Source: Octopus sinensis (taxonomy: Eukaryota). From it: a stretch of 64,000 bases of DNA. This document shows, one piece after another, positions 1 to 13,800 of the stretch. The stretch spans positions 42,036,001-42,100,000 of the forward strand of contig NC_043007.1 in NCBI RefSeq assembly GCF_006345805.1, in the 5' to 3' direction. Below the pieces are notes generated by a model. That model had not been told where the DNA came from. It did no database searches and was given only the letters and a program-made list of their open reading frames with translations. The position numbers and the translations under genes were made by a program. The first letter of the stretch is position 1. Each line of letters starts with the position of its first letter.

Positions 1-504
1 CAAAGTCATTGTTAGATGCTTGCAAAAGAGATGGTGACATTGGTATGGGAGAACTGCATGCAAGTATGAGAAGAGTGACCACATTGGTTAGTATGAGAGA
101 GAGGATTATATTGTTGGGAGAAAGACTGCTACACTCATATGAGAGAGAGATGGTCAAATGGCGTGAGAAAGATCACCATATAAATAAGAGAAACAATGGC
201 CACTCTAGCATGGCGAAAGCAACCACATTGATATGAAAAAGATAACCTGGCTGATATGAGTGAGATGACCACTCTGCTATTAAAGAGATAGCAACATTAT
301 CATGAAAACGATGACCTTACCAAAATAAGAAAAATGGTTACATTAATATGGATATGTAAAACAAATTAATGATGGATGCTGTGCAAAAAAGGGTTGTGGG
401 ATGATGGATAACAGTAGACCATTTCATAGCTGAGTTTGGTTAGATCTGAAAATTTTGAATGTATATATATATAGTCTAGTCATCCATATAGTCAATCAGG
501 TGAT

Positions 505-2000
505 ACATTAAGGAGTAATACTCAATGACTGGTGTAGCAGCACCATAGTCAACTGCTACAAAGATAATGGTGATGCATTAGATATGAATAATTACAGAGA
601 TATCATGTTGTTGGATCAGGTAATGAAAGTCATGGAGAGGGTCATAGTCCAACTAATTAAAAAGAGAGTTAGTTTAGATGAGATGCAGTTTGGGTTTGCG
701 CCAGGGAAAAGCACCACTGATGCTACATTTCTGGTAAGACAGCTGCAGGAAAAATACCTAGCCAAAGACAAACCTCTGTACCTGGCTTACATTGACATGG
801 AGAAAGCCTTTGACAGGGTCTCCTAATGCCCTATCTGGTGGTCAATGCAGAAACTAGGGATAGATGAGTTGTTAGTGAGAACTGTATAAGCCATGTACAG
901 GGATGCTGTCAGTAAGGTGAGGGTTGGCAACAAGTATAGTAAAGAATTCAAGGTAGGGTTAGGGGTCCACCAAGGATAAGTCCTGAACCCTTTTTATTCA
1001 TTATATTCTTGCAGGCAATAACAGAGGAATTCAAAACAGGATGCCTCTAGGAGCTTCCCTATGCTGATGACCTCGCTCTAATAGCTGAGTCACTATCAGA
1101 ACTAGAAAAGTTTCAGGTGTGGAAGCAAGGTCTAGAATCAAAGGGCCTTAGAGTCAATCTAGCAAAAACCAAAGTCTTAATAAGTAGGAAGGCAGACAAA
1201 TCACAAATCCCTTCAGGTAGATGGCCCTGCTCAATCTGTAGAAAAGACAGGTAGAAACTCCATAAGATGTACTCGGTGCATCAATGGACACAAGAGGTAC
1301 AGCAATATCAAAGGAAGGCTAACTGGGAAGATAGCTTTTTGTGTGTGGCAAATACTCAGGGGCAATAAACACTGAAAATGTGCAGAAAACAGCTTCCATC
1401 ACATGCCAGGAAGAAAAACTAGAAGTAGTTGATAGCTTCTGTTACCTAGGTGACCAAGTCAGTAGCAGAGGTGGATGCTCTGAGAGTGTAGCTGCTAGAA
1501 TAAGAATAGCCTGGGCAAAGTTCAGAGAGCTCCTACCTCTGCTGGTGACAAAGGGCCTCTCGCTCAGAGTGAAAGATTGACTGTATGACGCATGTGTTTG
1601 AATAGCCAAGCTGCATGGCATCAGAACATGACTGCTGAGCACATGCGTAAGCTTGCAAGAAATGAAGCTAGTATGCTCCGCTGGATGTGTAATGTCAGTG
1701 TGCATACATGACAGAGTGTAAGTGCCCTGATAGAAAAGTTGGACATAAGAAGCATCAGATGTGGTGTGCAAGAGGGATGACTGTGCTGGTATGGTCATGT
1801 GTTGCATATGGATGAGGACATCAGTGTGAGAAAGTGTCACACTCTAGCAATAGAGGGAACCTGTGGAAGAGGTAGACTCAGGAAGACTTGGGATGAGGTA
1901 GTGAAGCAATACCTTTGAATGTTGAACCTCATGGAGGCGATGATAAGTGACTGAGACGTTTGGAGATATACTGCGCTTGAGAAGACCTGACAAGCCAAGT
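505..2000 (+). mobile_element. RTE-clade LINE, 5'-truncated, degenerate reverse transcriptase
   Basis: RT motifs FGFAPGKSTTDA, YIDMEKAFDRV, GVHQG and YADDL, followed by the RTE-type C-terminal region (RIRIAWAKFRELLPLL); stops and frameshifts present. Confidence 0.9.
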
Positions 2001-2467
2001 GAAACTGTAACCGTGGCCTATGCCAGTGCAGCATAACTGGCCCATTTAAGAGTACCCTTCAATCATTGGGTAATAAACTGTGCTTGCGAAAACCTGTTGA
2101 GTCATGTGAAGTCATTGCTATGGCTAATGCCAGTACCGCTTAACTGGCACCCATGCTGGTGGCACGTAAAAAGCACCATTCAAGCATGGTCAATACCAGT
2201 GTTGCCTGACTGGCTCTCATGCCAGTGGCACGTAAAAAGCACCATTCAGTGCGAGTGCCACCTGACTGGCCCTCATGCCGGTAGCACATAAAAAGCACCC
2301 ACTACACTCTCAGAGTGATTGACATTTGGAAGGGCATACAGCTGTAGAAACTTTGCCAGATTAGATTGGATCCTGGTGCAGCCTTCTGGCTTGCCAGCCC
2401 TCAGTCAAAGCATCAAACCTATGCCAACATGGAAAGCGGACGTTAAACAACAATGATGATGATGACA
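2001..2467 (+). mobile_element. RTE-type 3' UTR/tail with internal GGCACGTAAAAAGCACC repeats and (GAT)n end
   Basis: Repeated ggcacgtaaaaagcacc units, then ...ccatgccagcatggaaagcggacgttaaa-type end and gatgatgat. Related tails at about 10080-10245, 17990-18150 and 38960-39263, with inverted copies near 11100-11240 and 13490-13620. Confidence 0.75.
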
Positions 2468-4821
2468 TATATATATATACGCATGTATGTGTGTGTGTGT
2501 GCGCGCGCGCGTGTGTGTGTATGTACAACAGGCTTTTTCCAGTTTCTGTCTTCCAAATCTGCTCACAAGACTTTGTTGGCTCAAGGCTATAGTGGAAGAT
2601 ACTTGCCCAAGATGTCACACAATGGGACTCAACCCAGAACCATGTGTTTGAGAAGCAAACTTCTTACTACACAGCTACACCTGTTCAGAATTGATGCAAG
2701 AAAAGCTGTTCTACAACAAGAACTTCCAGTCTGTGTTGGCACTATAAAACTTGCATCAGAACTCTGCATGAACTGTAGTGCAGTGGACCAGATATGACAG
2801 TGGTGTGGAAGAGAACAATGAAATCATCCTCTGTGCTCTTGTTCAGTTCAGTATCCTTGCACCACTGACATGTGAAGTTATACTGAACAACTGTTGTCAT
2901 GTGTAGAATAGACCTAGTTATCAGTCCATTCTTAAGATCAACTCACTTCCTAATTTTGGCAAGATGAAATCAAGGCATCCCATGAGTCAAACTAGCTTCT
3001 ACAAACATGATCCTCTGAATTTGTATATAAGAATCTTTGAATATAAGAAACTAGAATAGATATTACAAGGCATTTTGTCCAGCACACTCATGTCCCAACC
3101 AATACACACATATTTCAATATTGATCTCTTTATGATGTCCCTTCCAGTTAGTTATGTTTCAATATCTTTTTGACATACTCCTTGTATTTTTTTCTTAATG
3201 TTTCATTTCTTTTTCAATCATGACTTCAGTCAGGGTCTCTACATCTCATAATTTAATGTGTAGGGAGAGTGGGGTATGCCTGCTTTATTCCATCTCTAGT
3301 TCATTCAAACACACACACACACACATACACATCAGCTTCCCTCCTCTCTCAACTTTCTCATCTCCCCACTGCCATTCTAGGAGGGCCTCACAATTTGTAA
3401 TGGGAAAAATAATCTCTTAAAAGAAAGAAGAGAGAGAGAGAAAGAAAGAAAGAAAGAAGGGGATAAAGGCAAAGCTAAGCTGATTGTGCATTGATGATTT
3501 AATTATGAAGTAGCCAGACTTAGACTAATCTTTTGCCTTACATTCACATTCCAAACGTGTTGCCATATTAAGCCCCACCACAGTTTAACATTTGCAATAT
3601 TGGCCAGTTTTATTCCTTGTCCACCACACTTGGTTTCTTATCATCTTCATTTCCAGGATAAACTTGAAATATTAATTACTTAAAATATGTCAGCATCATC
3701 ATTGCCGTCATCATCACCAGCAAGAGATTTCTGTGTGTGTGTGTAGGTGCGTGTAGTTGTTTGACCTATTCAAATAACCACTCAGATCTTCCCCAACAAA
3801 TCCCTCCTACTGTTTTCATTTAAATGGAATGTCTATATTTAGTTCTACATCTACATTGAGTGAACCAATGAGGGAGTCTCTCAGTAGTCATGCAATCTGC
3901 TACAATTAGTAGCATCCAGATTTTCCTTGACTCAATTTCTGTGATCTTGTAAGAGGAGAGGATATATTTTAATGCCCTGATGTGTCCTGTCTTCTTATAA
4001 GAAATAAAGTCAGGTTATATTGTTCTGCATACCACTAAAAAACAAAGATGGGATTGGATGGTAGGGTTGGACTGCCATTGATCACAAGTTTGCACAGTTA
4101 GTGTTGACCTGAGGTTAAACAACAATAACATGCTATATTCATAAACAAAACAAGCCAACAAAGGAACCTCTGTACAAAAGTGAATTGAATTAGCATTGCA
4201 GGCTCTGGTCCACCAGTACTTCACACCTTTATACATCACTCACTAAAGTAATACACTGATGTGTTTGCATCATTGCCCAGCTTTTCAGGGATAACTTCCT
4301 CAGCCCATTTCTGAGTGCAACTATCTACTTTTCTTGTAACCTTGTCCCAATTTCTAGAATAAGCTTTGTTCTTAATCAAAAGAAATCATCACCAGCACTA
4401 TCCTCCTCCTCTTCATCATGATCATCATGATGATGATCATCATGATCATCATCATCATTGCCATTGTTTTATTGCCGTTTGGCTGCAGGTCATATCTGAT
4501 CAAGCAAAGCAGGCTTACAATCAAAGACATTCCAACAACATCCAACCTGTCTTTTATTTTGACAGAGTATCTAAGATAACATTACACAATGTGTCCTTTT
4601 GTTTTTAGATGATAAGATGTGATTCAAAGATTTGGCTGCTATTTCTTGCATGTTGAGCAACCATTTGGTTTAGGCTAGACCCTTAAGTTTATAGAAATTG
4701 GGACGAGGGTACAAGAAAGGTGGATAGTTGCACTCAGAAATGGGCTAAGAAGTTATCTATGCAAAGCTGGGCTATGATGCAAACACATACATTGCCTCCA
4801 CTATATATATTATTACCTGAC

Positions 4822-5021
4822 TCTAAGGTGGTGAGCTGGAAGAATTATTAGAATGCCAGGCAAAATGCTTAGCAGTATTTCCTCTTTACATTGAGTTCAA
4901 ATTCCACTTTGCCTTTCATCCTTTTGGGTCAATAAATGAAGTACCAGTTGAGCACTGGGGTTGATGTAATCAACTAGTCCCTTCCCCAAAAACTTCAAGC
5001 CTTGTGCCAATAGTAGAAAGG

Positions 5022-5025
<4 letters not shown>
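4822..5025 (+). mobile_element. tRNA-derived SINE family B with (ATT)n tail
   Basis: ggtggtgagctgg.agaat..ttag head, gagttcaaattcc B-box, aagtaccag...gatgtaatc core and (att)n tail. Further copies at 5567-5785 and 23566-23755. Confidence 0.8.
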
Positions 5026-5566
<541 letters not shown>

Positions 5567-5904
5567 GGTGGCAAGCTGGCAGAATCATTAGCATGCCAGG
5601 AAAAATGCTTAGCGGAATTTCATCCATCCTTATGTTCTGAATTCAAATTCCAGGAAGGTTGACTTTGCTTTTCATCCTTCTGGAGTCGATAAATTAAGTA
5701 TCAATGAAACATTGGGGTCAATGTAATCAACTTACCCACCTCCCCTAGAACTTCAGGTCTTGTGCCTTTAGCAGAAAGGATTAATATTATTATTATTTGA
5801 ATTGTTGTATTTCACTTAAGAGTTGCATTAGACTGATTCTGTTGTTTAAAAATGTTTTGCTGCCTCCCTCACTAAAAATATTTGTGTCTGCTTGCACTCT
5901 ACAG

Positions 5905-5977
5905 ATGTGGCTGCCATTCCAGAGCTAGAAGATCAACCTGATGAAGATCTGATCCCACAGGTTGCTGATGCCCCAAT
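5905..5977 (+). CDS. IFT43: IFT43 (intraflagellar transport 43) internal exon, (D)VAAIPELEDQPDEDLIPQVADAP(M)
   Basis: ctctacag acceptor and gtaggt donor; 73 nt, phase 1 to phase 2. Peptide resembles the vertebrate IFT43 segment [24 protein letters not shown] (recalled, not searched). Phase joins the next exon (AT|G). Confidence 0.9.
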
Positions 5978-6017
5978 GTAGGTACTTCATTTTTCTTTGC
6001 ATGTGCACACACATTCA

Positions 6018-6080
<63 letters not shown>

Positions 6081-6824
6081 TCTTATGCTTCCACATGCAC
6101 AAGTTAAGGCACACCATACATGGACTTTCCTCTTAAAAAGCTGCTTGCACATTCTTATATAGACATAACTACATACACATACACACGTAGGTATACACAC
6201 ATACACATAAGCCAATGAGGGATGTTCTATGTGATTGCACAGCCTGCTAGAAATACTGGTTAAATGACACTCAAGTCATACCCTGCCAAATAAAATTAAA
6301 AAATGAAGGGTATATTAACGTAATTAGAGACAGGGTCATGACTAGAAGACTTGTAATTAAGATCTGCTTAATTAAGATTGACATGGAGCTAATAACATCA
6401 CACATACACACTCACTTTCTTTCACACTCTCTTTTAATCTTCCTCCTTTTGTTAAGAGAACTATAATAAAAAATGTTACCATCCATGGCTACCCTGGGTT
6501 TTTTTTTCAGACAAATTATAACCAGAGCCACATTATCTATCGTGTTCTTCCATTTTATAAAACAAGGTGTGATTTGTGGAAGACTTAGCTGTTATTTCTA
6601 TGAAGCCTATTGACCTTGTATATGTTCCATTGTTGGGGCATTGTATTATAATTGTTATTGTTGCTGCTGTTTCAGTCTGCACTAATTTCTTCTCAGGCTG
6701 AACTATTGTTTATGACAACCGATCAGATTTTTAGGAGCAACTAACCAGTACATTCTGCTCTTTAGATCTGCCATGTTTTAACTGTTAACTTCTGTGATGC
6801 AATGGTCGGTAAAAGTATTCAGTG

Positions 6825-7145
6825 TCATCATCATCATCATCATCATCATCATAATCATCATCCATCATCAAAACATTTTCCATTAGCACTCCTGCTACTC
6901 TCAATATCATCATCATCATTTTTTTCCTCATCACCAATACCTTCCCTGTTCATTATCATCATTATCTTCATCATCATAATCCAAAATTACTGCCTACAAC
7001 ATCATCATTATCATCACCACCACCATCTTCTTCAATATCTCTACCATCAATATCATCTTCACTGACTTCTCTTCCATCCAGGTCTTCATCATCATCATCA
7101 TCATCATCAACAACATCCTCATTGTTATCTTCATCTTCATCATCA
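6825..7145. repeat. (CAT)n-rich low-complexity tract
   Basis: Read directly; explains the poly-His ORF at 6802-7065. Confidence 0.9.
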
Positions 7146-8179
7146 GTAAACTTTATGTGTCAAGCTATAAAAGGTTAATGTATTGCAAATATCTACAACA
7201 CACCAGTTTCTGCTTTAAAGAACAAAGCTGACAAAATCTGTGAAAACAGTGAGAATGTGGGAGAATGATGAAGTGAGTGGGGAGATAGCAAAGATAGCTT
7301 TGTAGTTGTTGTTGTTGTTGTTATTTTGTTGGTCAAGTGGGTCTATGGTCATCACTATTCCAGTTGTAACTACTTATATCTTTTACTTGTTTCTATCATT
7401 GGACTGTGGTCATGCTGGGACACTGCTTTGAAGGGCTTGGTCAAACAGATTGACCCAAGTACTTATTTTTTAACTTTTTTTTTAAGCCTGGTACTTCTTC
7501 GATCAGTTTCTTTTAAAACATTTTATTACATTTAAATTTCTATCTTACAGTTAACTAAATTAGCATAGAATAATGCTTTCATATTTTTTATAACTAAGAT
7601 CTAAACTTTTAATATCTGAATGCGAAAGAGATAGTTGAATAACTGTAAACCTACATTTGGGCCATATGACAGTCTTCAGCACAGTTTCTGTCTACCAAAT
7701 TCACTCACTTTATTTGGCCTAGGGCTATAGTAAGAGATATTTGCCCAAGGAGGTGCACAGTGAAACTGAACTCAAAACCATATGATTGAAAAATAAGCAT
7801 TTTAATCACACAGCCACCTGGGTATTTGTTTTCTCTTTTTTCTTTTTGTTTTATGCATAATTTATCCAAGCTATATTGTTTATCACAACACCTGAGATGG
7901 ATTGGTAATAGGAAAGGTATTGGATGGTAAGTTATTGCCTCAGAAAACCATTTAACTTGTAACAACATGGAAAAGTAGACATAAGTTTATAACAGTTTTA
8001 TCCGTGTGTATCTTAGTTTTAGAATAGGTACAGTGCATCCCTTCTTGTAAGAAGTAACTAAAAGGGATGGTAACAAGAAAGACTTCCAGTCATAAAATAC
8101 TGTCTCAGAAAAAAAAATCTGACCAAAGCCTTATGAGTGGGTTTGATAGATATATACTGAAAGAAGCTTGTCATATATA

Positions 8180-9436
8180 CAGGGGTTGGACAAAATAATG
8201 GAAACACCTTAAAATTTCAAACAAATTTATTTTAATATGGGGTACGACCGCCTTCGGCAGTAATTACAGCTTGAATTCTATGAGGTATAGACTCGTATAA
8301 AGTTTGAATTGTTTCCAAAGGAAATTTTGTCCATTCTTCAGCTAAAACAGTCTCCAGTCCTTTTAGTGATGATGGTGGAGGATATCGACTCCTTACTTGT
8401 TTTTCTAAAATGCACCATAAATGTTCAGTGATATTGAGATCTGGGGACTATGGTGGCCAGATATGATGTTCAACTTCACTAGAATGTTCCTCATGCCATT
8501 CAGTAACAACTTTAACTGTGTGAATTGGTGCATTATCATCCTGAAAGATTGTGTTTCCCTCTGGAAACAGTTCCACAACCATAGGATGAATTTGATCAGA
8601 TATAATGCTTAAATAGTTTTGACTATTAATTCTGCCATGAAGGGAAACCATTGGGCCAGCGGATTTCCAAGATATAGCCCCCAATCATCACAAATCCTCC
8701 TCCATGTTTAAGTTGGAAGAAGGCAGTCTGGAGCAGATGTTTCTTTTGGTTGTCTCCACATGTATACTCAGCTGGTGATCGAAAATAGGGTAAAGGATGA
8801 CTCGTCCAAGAAAATAACATTCTTCCACTGCTCTAGGGACCAATTCTGTAGGTTTTTACTAAATGTTTTGCAACGTTTGTTTTTTAAAGTAGTGGTTTTC
8901 TGGTTGCAGCCCTCCCATAAAATCCAGCTTTGTGCAACTCCAAGCAAACAGTTTTTGTGGAAACTGGGTTCTTGAGGTAGTCATTAAGCTCTGCAGTAAT
9001 TTTGGGAGCTGTGCTTTTGTGATCCTTTCTAACAATTCACATAAGAGTTCAACGGCCTATCTGAAAGTTTTGGTTTTCTTCCAGTTTTATTTCAACAAGG
9101 AAGTTTTTCCCTCTTTCTCAAAGGCTGCCATTACTTTCAAGACAGTACTTCTTGATACACCAAACATTTCAGCTGTTTTTGTTACGCTAGCGCTTGCCAT
9201 ACGAGCACCAACAATTTGACCTCTTTGAAAGTCCGATAGATCTGTCGTTTTAATGAATTTTAATTACCTTTTTCTGATGATATCTGAAAAGAAACAGCAA
9301 TTTTAGCAAAACATATCAAGCAACACTAATAGTAAATCAAAAAACATAAAATAAACAAGCTTTTGAGGGTTTTATAAATATTTCAAAATTATGATGCTAT
9401 GATGCCAGGTGTTTCCATTATTTTGTCCAACCCCTG
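8180..9436 (-). mobile_element. Tc1-family DNA transposon (DD34E), full-length, inactivated
   Basis: Perfect 30-bp TIRs CAGGGGTTGGACAAAATAATGGAAACACCT with flanking TA. Minus-strand relics TDLSDFQRGQIVGAR, FLDES, QDDNAPIH and WPP*SPDLNITEHLW. Confidence 0.95.
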
Positions 9437-9471
9437 TATATTTATATATATATGTGTGTGTGTGTATATGT

Positions 9472-9538
<67 letters not shown>

Positions 9539-9754
9539 GTATCTATGTGTGTGTCCTTCTGTCAGTGTTTGTTTCCCACTAATGCTTGATAGACTGATAG
9601 AATAAGTACTAGGCTTGCTAAGCTTAAAAATATAAGTCCTAAGGGTCAATGTGCTCGACTAAAACTCTTCAAAGCAGTGCTCCAACATGGCCACAGTCAA
9701 CTGAAATAAGTAAAAGATAAACGATATATATATTTATATATATAAACATACACC

Positions 9755-9960
9755 TTTCAAGCATTGGGCTTCACAGAGGCAAAGTGGATGAGTTCCGTTC
9801 GAGTGTTGGGCCTCGTGGAGGTACAGTGACTTTAGTTCCTTTAAAGCATTGGACCTCAGGGAAGCAAAATGGCTGAGTTCCTTTCAAGCATTGGGCCTCA
9901 GGGAAGCAAAATAGCTGAGTTCCTTTCGAGCATTGGGCCTCACAGAGGCAATGACTGAGA
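9755..9960 (+). repeat. About 42-bp minisatellite (about 5 units) in an RTE-type 3' UTR
   Basis: Repeated gctgagttcctttcaagcattgggcctcagggaagcaaaat-like units leading into the RTE tail at 10080-10245. Confidence 0.75.
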
Positions 9961-11266
9961 CCTTTGGCATTATGACGAGCTTGAGAAAACCCATCAAGCT
10001 GAGCAAAATTGCAGTCATGGCAGACACTGATGTCATGCAAATGGCACCCATGCCAGTGGCACATAAAAGCACGCATTACGCTTTCAGAGTGGCTGGAATT
10101 AGGAAGAGCATCCAGCCATAGAAGACCATGCCAAATCAGATTAGAGTCTGGTGCAGCGTTCCAGCTTACCAGCCCTGGTCAAACTGCCCAAACTGTGCCA
10201 ACATGGACAACGGATGTTAAATGATGATGACGAGGATGATGATGATCACGCACACACACACTCAAACACATGTGCTCACACACATGCACAAATGAGCTTC
10301 TTTCCGTTTTTGTCTACCAAATCTATTCACTAAACTTTGGTCACCTCAAAGCTATAGTAGAAGACACTTGCCCATGGTGCTATGTAATGGGACTGAACAT
10401 AAGACCCTGAAGTCAGATTGACTTACAAGTCTATGCATTAAAGTTTTTGCCAACAAAACCATGTACTTTAACAGTGGATTAAGTTTAAGTGTAGATTATA
10501 ATAAACTCTCTCCTCACTCCTCAGTCTCCATTTCTCCCTCCTTCCTAGGATGTTTAACCAAATGCTGCTACAAGTGGGCACATGTATATGCTGCCTCCTT
10601 TGACTAACACATTTAAGCTAATAATAAAGCAGGAATGATAAGATGAAGCCAATTATTATGAGAGACAGAGAGGTATTTACCAAAAAGTTGGCCATCACTA
10701 AATATGTGCTGAGTAAAGTAAACAGTTGGCAGTGGTTGATGAATTTTCTGCAGTGATTGTGCTGCTTTTTTTTTATATTTTTATTCATTTATTGTTGTTG
10801 CCCATGCACAGAACAAGCCTGTAACTTATTAAATGTTTCATTTATTTGCTTGCATTTCTTTTGTTGTTGCATTCCATCTGTTTTACCTCTTTTCTTTCGT
10901 GCTAGCACTGGGAGAATTTGCATAGCTGCAAGCACTACTTTGTAGTAAAAAGTTTGCTTCTCAACTGCATTATTCTGGGTTCAGTCCCACTGCATGGCAC
11001 CTAAAGCAAGTGTCTTATGCTACAGCTCTGGGACAACCAAAGCCTTGTGATTGGATTTGATAGAGGGGAAACTGTGTGGCAGCCTGTTGTAATATATATT
11101 TCATCATCATCATCATCATTTAATGTCCATCTTCCATGCTGTACAGTTTGACAGAAGCTGGCCAGGCAGAAGACTGCACTAGGCTTCTGTGTCTGTTTTG
11201 GCATGGTTTTTATGACTAGATACCCTTCCTAACCCTAACCACACAACAGAGTGAACTGTGTGAGTG

Positions 11267-11307
<41 letters not shown>

Positions 11308-11447
11308 GTTTAATTAGAGGATATGTTAACCTCATGAAGGGATGGTTGCATCAAAGGAAATACTGGTTCAATACCTAGTATTTGGGGGGAATGAAATTCC
11401 CTTAAAACAATAGGTATATATAAAGCATATAGTTTATATCCATTTAA

Positions 11448-11663
11448 CCCTTTTGTTACTGAATTTATTTTGAGATGCTCTGTGTTTCTTTCAATTACTT
11501 TAAATATAACAAAGAATTTAATAAAATAACTTATTGCTAAGCTAGTGTTAGGAACATAAATTGTGACTAAGGTTTGGTGGAAGATTTTAATTCAAAACTT
11601 ATGAAAACAAGACATTTGTACTCAGAGCCAGAGCTGGTTACAGCCGGGTTGGTAATGAAAAGG
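11448..11663. mobile_element. piggyBac-type MITE
   Basis: TTAA|CCCTTTTGTTAC ... GTAATGAAAAGG|TTAA; second copy at 31566-31786. Confidence 0.85.
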
Positions 11664-12151
11664 TTAAAAGAAGAAAAGAAAATGGAGATTAGGAAGTTAA
11701 TAATTGCTTATTATTAACAGCAAATTGGTCATCTTCACTTCTTACCACCATTTCAATTAATACTCAGTAATTTAATTACAAATTTGTACATTAAATTTAT
11801 ATTTACCAGGGGAAAAAAGATGTACCTTTGAATGTTATATGTGGGCTTACCAATTTATTTCAGCAGACTAAATATTACGGTTTATGATTTGCATTGTTAT
11901 ATGCTCGGGCGAGGGGTTTACAGGTTGATTAGAGATAAAGTATGCTGAAATGAATTGATAAGACCACATATCTCTATTTTCTTTTCTTCTTTTATATATA
12001 TATATATATATTACGGAGATGTACTTGCATAGCAAGTGACCTGATCTGAGATCATGTGCTGGAACAAAAACAATTGCAGCATGGAAGGTGTTTATTAGCC
12101 ATTTAAGAAACACACAAAATCCGTTAGATTCACTTCAACATTTAAATTTAA

Positions 12152-12202
12152 TTTGTCAAAATATTTTCATCACTTTGAGACCGCGACCTGTTCACTGACA
12201 AA
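12152..12202 (-). ncRNA. Minimal type-I hammerhead ribozyme motif with G3:C8 core
   Basis: Minus strand: UUUGUCA-GUGAACA-G-GUCGC(GGUCUCAAA)GUGAU-GAAA-AUAU-UU-UGACAAA. 7-bp stem I, 5-bp stem II, palindromic stem III (AAUAUU). Confidence 0.65.
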
Positions 12203-12229
12203 ATTTCGTGCTGCTGGTCATGAGAGTTG

Positions 12230-12480
12230 CAGAGAGCTGGACTGACGATTATCTTGTGTGCGGAAAAACAGATTTTTCGATAATACCTAAAAATCGACAG
12301 TCTAGTCCTAAGGTACCCAAAAAGTTAAATGTTGCAAACTTTATATGTTCTAACAAGATGCAGGCAAGTACCTTTCCAACCACAGACAAAAGCGAAATCA
12401 AACGAAAATTACCACATAGATCTTTTGGCCCCGATTTATACAAGGAGACTAAAATGGCATCAATCCAGTCTTGAGGCACT
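12230..12480 (-). mobile_element. RTE-like RT fragment
   Basis: MPQDWIDAILVSLYKSGPKDLCGNFRLISLLSVVGKVLACIL resembles the RT N-terminal motif of RTE LINEs. Confidence 0.8.
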
Positions 12481-13800
12481 TTCTCAGTTCTCCAACAGTG
12501 ACAAATTAATATATTATACTAAGATTGATCTGTTCAACTAAATCCTTCAACTAAATCCCCTGCCATGGTCACAGTCCAATGACTGAAAGAAGTAAAAGAT
12601 ACAAAATGAAAGATAACCTCTTTTTTTTCCTCAATCCATCTGTTCAAGGATGTCTGCATATGGAATCCCATCCCAACAAATATTATCCTTTCAACTGTCA
12701 TTGACATGGATGTCATTAATCTGAAAAGTATGTGTGTAATATTTGTATGTATTTAGGTCCATATAAGTAGGTGTGTGCAGCTCCATTCAAGAGGAAAGTC
12801 CATATATGGTGTACGTTAACTTGTGTTTGTGGAAGCATGTGTGTGCATGTGAAAGAGAGTGATAGATAGACAAACAGATAGAGAGAGAAAGAGACATACC
12901 GGGATTGTGTTAGTGTACTGTGTGTATGTGAGTGTGTGTGAGAGAGGGAGAGAAAGAAAGACAAAGTGAAAAAGTTTCAGACAGATAGACACAGAGAGAG
13001 AAGGGGGGAAAGAGTGAAAGACAGACAGACACAGAGAGAGAAAGACAGATAAACAAATTGTGTGTGTGTGTGTGCGTGTGTGTGTGTAAAATACAGGTGT
13101 GGTGAGATTCAGAAAAAGAAACTGAGAACTCAGTCAATCAGAAAGAGTAAGAAGTCAAACTGAGGGAGAACAGGAAGTTCTGATGAAAGCAAAATGAATA
13201 ATTTGAATGAAAAAGAGCAGGAAGTCAAATTAAGAGTGAGAAATCCGAGAGAGGGAGAGTGTGTGTGTGCTTGTGTTTGTGTGTGTAATGGAGAGTCTGT
13301 CTCTTAAAGTGTGTAAAATGTTCAGCTAAAAGTGTGTGTGTGTATGTGAGTAAATTCTGACAGTAAGAGAAAGAGAAAATTTGAGTCTTACTGAAAGAGA
13401 CAGTGTGAAACAGTGGTTGTCAAAGGATGTGCTGTAGAACATCATTGTGTCACATGAGGTATCTGGATGGGATGTGCCATTGTCATCGTCATTGTTTTAA
13501 CATCCCCTTTTCCATGCTTGCATGGGTCGGATGGAATTTTGTTGTGGTAGATTTATCTATAGCTGGATGCTCTTCCTGTTTTCAATCCTTACCTCATATT
13601 GCCAGTAAAGTAAGATCTCCCCTATGACCAGACATGCTTTCACAGAAGATTTAGAACAATGCGACACTGTTTACATAATGGAGACATTTGTTTATGACTA
13701 TTGCACATTGTCAAAGAAAGAAGACAGTATCTCACCCACACACAGGTTTGTTTATGTCTCCATAACTCAGCAGTTTGACAAACAGAAACCAATAGAAGTA

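Noticed and set aside
6802-7065. Poly-His ORF, and the many YIYI/THTH/VCVC ORFs in the track
   Set aside because: These are translations of microsatellites with no splice or homology support.
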